From the NCBI RefSeq assembly GCF_963921235.1, contig NC_086097.1, forward strand, positions 133,488,001-133,552,000: DNA of 64,000 nucleotides, given 5' to 3'. This document shows, one piece after another, positions 60,151-64,000 of the stretch. The notes beneath the pieces were generated by a model. It saw nothing but the letters and a program-made list of their open reading frames with translations, searched no databases and was not told the DNA's origin. Made by a program: the position numbers and the translations under genes. The first letter of the stretch is position 1; each line of letters opens with the position of its first letter. The stretch comes from Mobula hypostoma. Its lineage: Eukaryota.

Positions 60151-63100
60151 TTGGAGGAGCTTGCTGTATGCAAATTTGTCAGCTACATTATAATTGTATT
60201 CCGACCAAGTTAGTCCCCTTTGCCCGGATTTGGCTCACAGTCCTCTGGCCTTTTCTATTTATATATCTGTCCAAATGTATTTTAAACATTGGCAGCTTAT
60301 TCCATGGACACTTCTCTTCCACAACTAACACATTCTGCTCCTTTGTTTAAGATTTTTGCTAGTCTTGTATATCGTGCTTCTCCTCTGAAACGTTAGCTCT
60401 ATTTTCTATCCTCAGATGCAGCCTCCCTTGCTGAATATATTTAGCATTTTCTATTAATGAGGTATCTATTCTTATTCAGTGATGTGGAGTATATCAATAT
60501 ATTACAGATCTATGAGAAACAAGATTACTGAAAATCCCATAACACATCAGATGCACAATAGGGGCAAGAGGGTAATCAGGGAAAGAACATGATTCGTTAA
60601 GGACCCACATGTCAAAGGTCATAAGTAGTCTTCTTGGGAATAATGCTATGGAATTCTCCATTATATACAGAACGGTAGAAAACATGCAAGCATGGAACTG
60701 TACAGAACAGTGAGGGTCTTTCAGCCCACCATGTTGCACTGAGCAATATAAACCTACTCCACAATCGATCTAAACCTTCCCTCCTACACAGCTCATAGAC
60801 CTCCATTTTTATGTGCTTCAGTTGTTCTTGTGTGGGAGAGAGACACAATTTCAGGTTGCTTTGAAGTGCTTCATCCCAAATGAAGCATGTTTCAAGAATT
60901 GTTTAAAATATGTTGCAGCCACATTTGGCACAGTGAACTCTCACAAGAGTAATGTGGAACTGTTGTTCCTATTAAAGCTGATTAAGGCATAAGTTCTAGT
61001 AGGATGATGGCAAACTTGAATGCAGTGGGTTCTACAGGGCCAATCAAAGGTGTTATTGTTTTTTTTAAAACTTATTTGTTATTATCTTAAGACCCTGCCA
61101 GACATTAAGAATTTCTGGTCTTCCCCATTAGCGAGTTGCTTGTTGGTGGGGAAACTGAAGGAGTTGGACTTGGTGCAGATCATGCTGCTGACTGTGTTAA
61201 ACAGGTGCTAATGTACAAAGGTGGTGTGCAGTCTAACAGCGAGTGAATGTTGCTTCTCTTGTGACCACAAGGCCCTGTTGGACATTGGTAATTGTGGAAT
61301 GCTGCAAGTACGACTCACTGTTTTATTGGCGAATGCCAGGGAAGCTGCGTGACCTTGGTCAGAGTGAGCACTAGGCCTCAAACCATGGTGCTGCCTGCAT
61401 GCAGCTACCAGAGGCAGTGTGGCGCAGCATCCAAGCTGGAGTCGGTGCTGCTCTCCAGTATTCGCACAGCAGAAGACAAGATGCAACATTCATGGATTCA
61501 GGGACATGGATTGTTTTTTTTTCGAGTGTGTATATCCCTGCTGTTTTATATGTGCCGTGTGTGCCTTATGTTGTGAATGACTGTTGGTACTGTGTTTTGC
61601 ACCTTGGCCCCGAAGTAATGTTGTTTTGTTTGGCTGTATTCATGGATATTCATGTATTCAGGATATTCAGGCTGAAAGACAATTAAACTTGAAATACTTG
61701 GAAAGACTCCCATTACTTTCTTCAGAGCAGTGATTGTGGAACACAGATTTCTCTACTCTACGGGTTGTTCCCAGGGACAAACATCAACTGCTGCTGGAGA
61801 ATCGTCAACTTGGTTTCAGACAAACTTTGCTCAGCCCAAAACTTAAAAATTAAAAAAGAACATTAGGTTTATTTGTCACACGTGTAGCGAAACATTGAAA
61901 CACACAGTGAAATGCGTCGTTTGTGTCAATGGCCAACACCGTCCGAGGATGTGCTGGGGTCTTCTGTTGGTCTTCCAGAAACTCGCTGGTAATCCAGTGA
62001 AAAGAGAAGTCCACAAGCGAATGCTGCACACTGACACATTTCAGGATGTGGGAGTGCATGCTGAAGGTTGCACTGATGCTCAGTGCAGCCGCTACAGAAG
62101 ATCTGTGGGGAAGGAATATTCCAGTGGATTGTCAGCTTGATGCCTGGTGCTGAAGTCTCTGGCATGGAAATTAAACTCGGGATCAGTCTAGCCATTACAT
62201 GTACCAGCACGAAGCCTTTGTCTGAGCACCTTCATAAGGAATTAGGTTTTTCCAAATTAGTCATTGACATCAGGAAGGGAGGTGGTGCACACACCTCCAT
62301 TTACCTCAGTGGTACTGAGGTGAAGAAGGTGCGAAGGTTAGGTTTCTAGGAGAGAACATCATTAATAGCCTATCCTAATTCAATCATGTACGGCCAAGAA
62401 ATCTCACTAGTGCCTCTACTTCCTCAGGAGGTTTAAGAAATTCATTATGTCCTCATTGACTCTACTTTTTATCAATGTAATGTAAAAAGCATCCAATCAG
62501 ATCCATCATGGTACATGTGACAATTATAAACCAATTGGCCAATTTAACAACTGCAGCCATTTTTAATAGCATATTACCCATTACTGATAAATGAATAAAA
62601 CTTCGAGTACTGTATTTATATTGCCCTGAGCTGTTATTTCCCTGCATAGGAATGAATACAGGAACCAAGTAGGGGTACATTACAATTGAGCTACATCATG
62701 CAATACATTTCAAATCTGTGCAATCCAAAGCTTTGTAGGTGATTTATAAGAAAATCAGCAATCACTTCCATTTTGAGGGATTGAATAGATATCTTAATTA
62801 TTTCAAAATCTGAGCATAGTGTCTGATAAGAAAATACTACATCTAAATGGAAAATCTGAAGAAAATCCTAAGGAATTGCACCTTCATTTTATTACTCAAC
62901 TTATTAAGAAAATATTAAAATGACATACTTCTGTAGTTCGTTTAATTATTCTATTTGTTTTGCAATCGAAATTAAGGGTTTAAATGTAATAGTGGCTACA
63001 GTTATACCAAAATTGGTAAATTGGCTTATTATTGTTACATGTACCAAGATAAAGTGAATACTTGTTTTGTGTGCCATTCATACAGATCATTTCATTATGG

Positions 63101-63909
63101 CAGTCCATTGAGGTACTACATGCAGAGAATGCAGCCATATGGAATGTGTATGGATATTGTCCAGGTAGAAAAGATTAGTTTAGTTGGACATTCAATTATT
63201 AATTTAATTAGATTAGCAGGACATTATGGTTTCAATGTCTTGTTCCTATCCTGTGCTGTTCTAAGTTTTAGATCAAATAGTTAGAAGAAAAAATTATTTT
63301 TAACAGTAATAAAGGTCGATAACCAGAGGATATGCATGTATATAAGGCACTTTCGTAACCGTTAAAGAACCAGATGGTGATTGTAGGATAACTTATGTCT
63401 GCCATCAGATTGTTGTGACCTAGAATGTACTGCGAAAAAATATTCAACAGCACCTTTCAAAAAAGAATGGGACAAATATTTGAAGAGGAAAAGAACTGTT
63501 ACATGGACCAGGGACTAATTGGCCTTCTCTTCTATGATAATACATTATAACTTTTATTATGTTGGGATGCAAATTTCATCTTAATTCATCTGACATATGG
63601 AATTCATGCTGCAAAGTGGTAGCCAAGAGTGGATTGACCAAATTTCATCTGCAATGCATGAAGTTTTTTTTATTCACTCACATGGATTATGGTGGCCCAA
63701 TAATTGGGTTACACAATGTGTTGTGTGTTTTAAAACATCGATTAATTAAATACAATTGGAATTATACAGCTAGTATCAGAAGAGGTGACCAAAAATAGTA
63801 TCATATTATCACTAAAACACAAATGATTCATTAATAATTTTCTGGAAAAGAAATCCAGTATTCTTACCCAATCCAATTTACATATAACTCCAAACTCAAA
63901 CGTCCAAGA

Positions 63910-64000
63910 GGACCACAACTTGTCATAGGGTTTGGAGGCTTTTGTGCCTCAGTGACCCAGAGAAGTTTGTTGGCTGGAGTCAAGGCCTTGTACATTGGCT
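63910..64000 (+). mobile_element. Probable 5' end of an RTE-clade element running off the window
   Basis: ACCACAACTTGTCATAGGGTTTGGAGGCTTTTGTGCCTCAGTGACCCAGAGA resembles RTE (Rex3/Expander-like) 5' UTR starts as I recall them. Confidence 0.45.

Noticed and set aside
1..64000. Prokaryotic or phage origin, or a host protein-coding gene
   Set aside because: No operon-like coding density; every long ORF I could recognise is transposon-derived. Short host exons cannot be excluded by eye

Overview
Eukaryotic, repeat-dominated DNA in which I could not recognise any host protein-coding exon. The repeat repertoire (HE1/V-SINE-type SINEs, Deu-domain SINE relics, abundant CR1, Rex1/Babar and Penelope-like elements) points to a cartilaginous fish, probably a ray or skate; this is an inference. 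The window is a layered set of mobile elements: hAT, Tc1 and PIF/Harbinger DNA transposons; CR1, Rex/Babar, L1, RTE and HERO non-LTR retrotransposons; Penelope-like elements with hammerhead-ribozyme motifs; BEL/Pao and Gypsy LTR elements; solo LTRs; and a decayed endogenous retrovirus (gamma-type env, PPT and 3' LTR) that the ORF track misses. Four observations stand out. (1) A two-LTR Gypsy element (54648-58158) has no tRNA primer-binding site; its PBS position is complementary to a 16-nt segment of its own LTR, suggesting self-priming. (2) A TSD-flanked 230-bp palindromic Penelope-derived insert carries two opposed hammerhead cores. (3) The ERV env relic. (4) A homeodomain-site-dense unique island near 24.9 kb. 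Family calls come from motif recognition by eye, not database searches, and boundaries of decayed elements are approximate.
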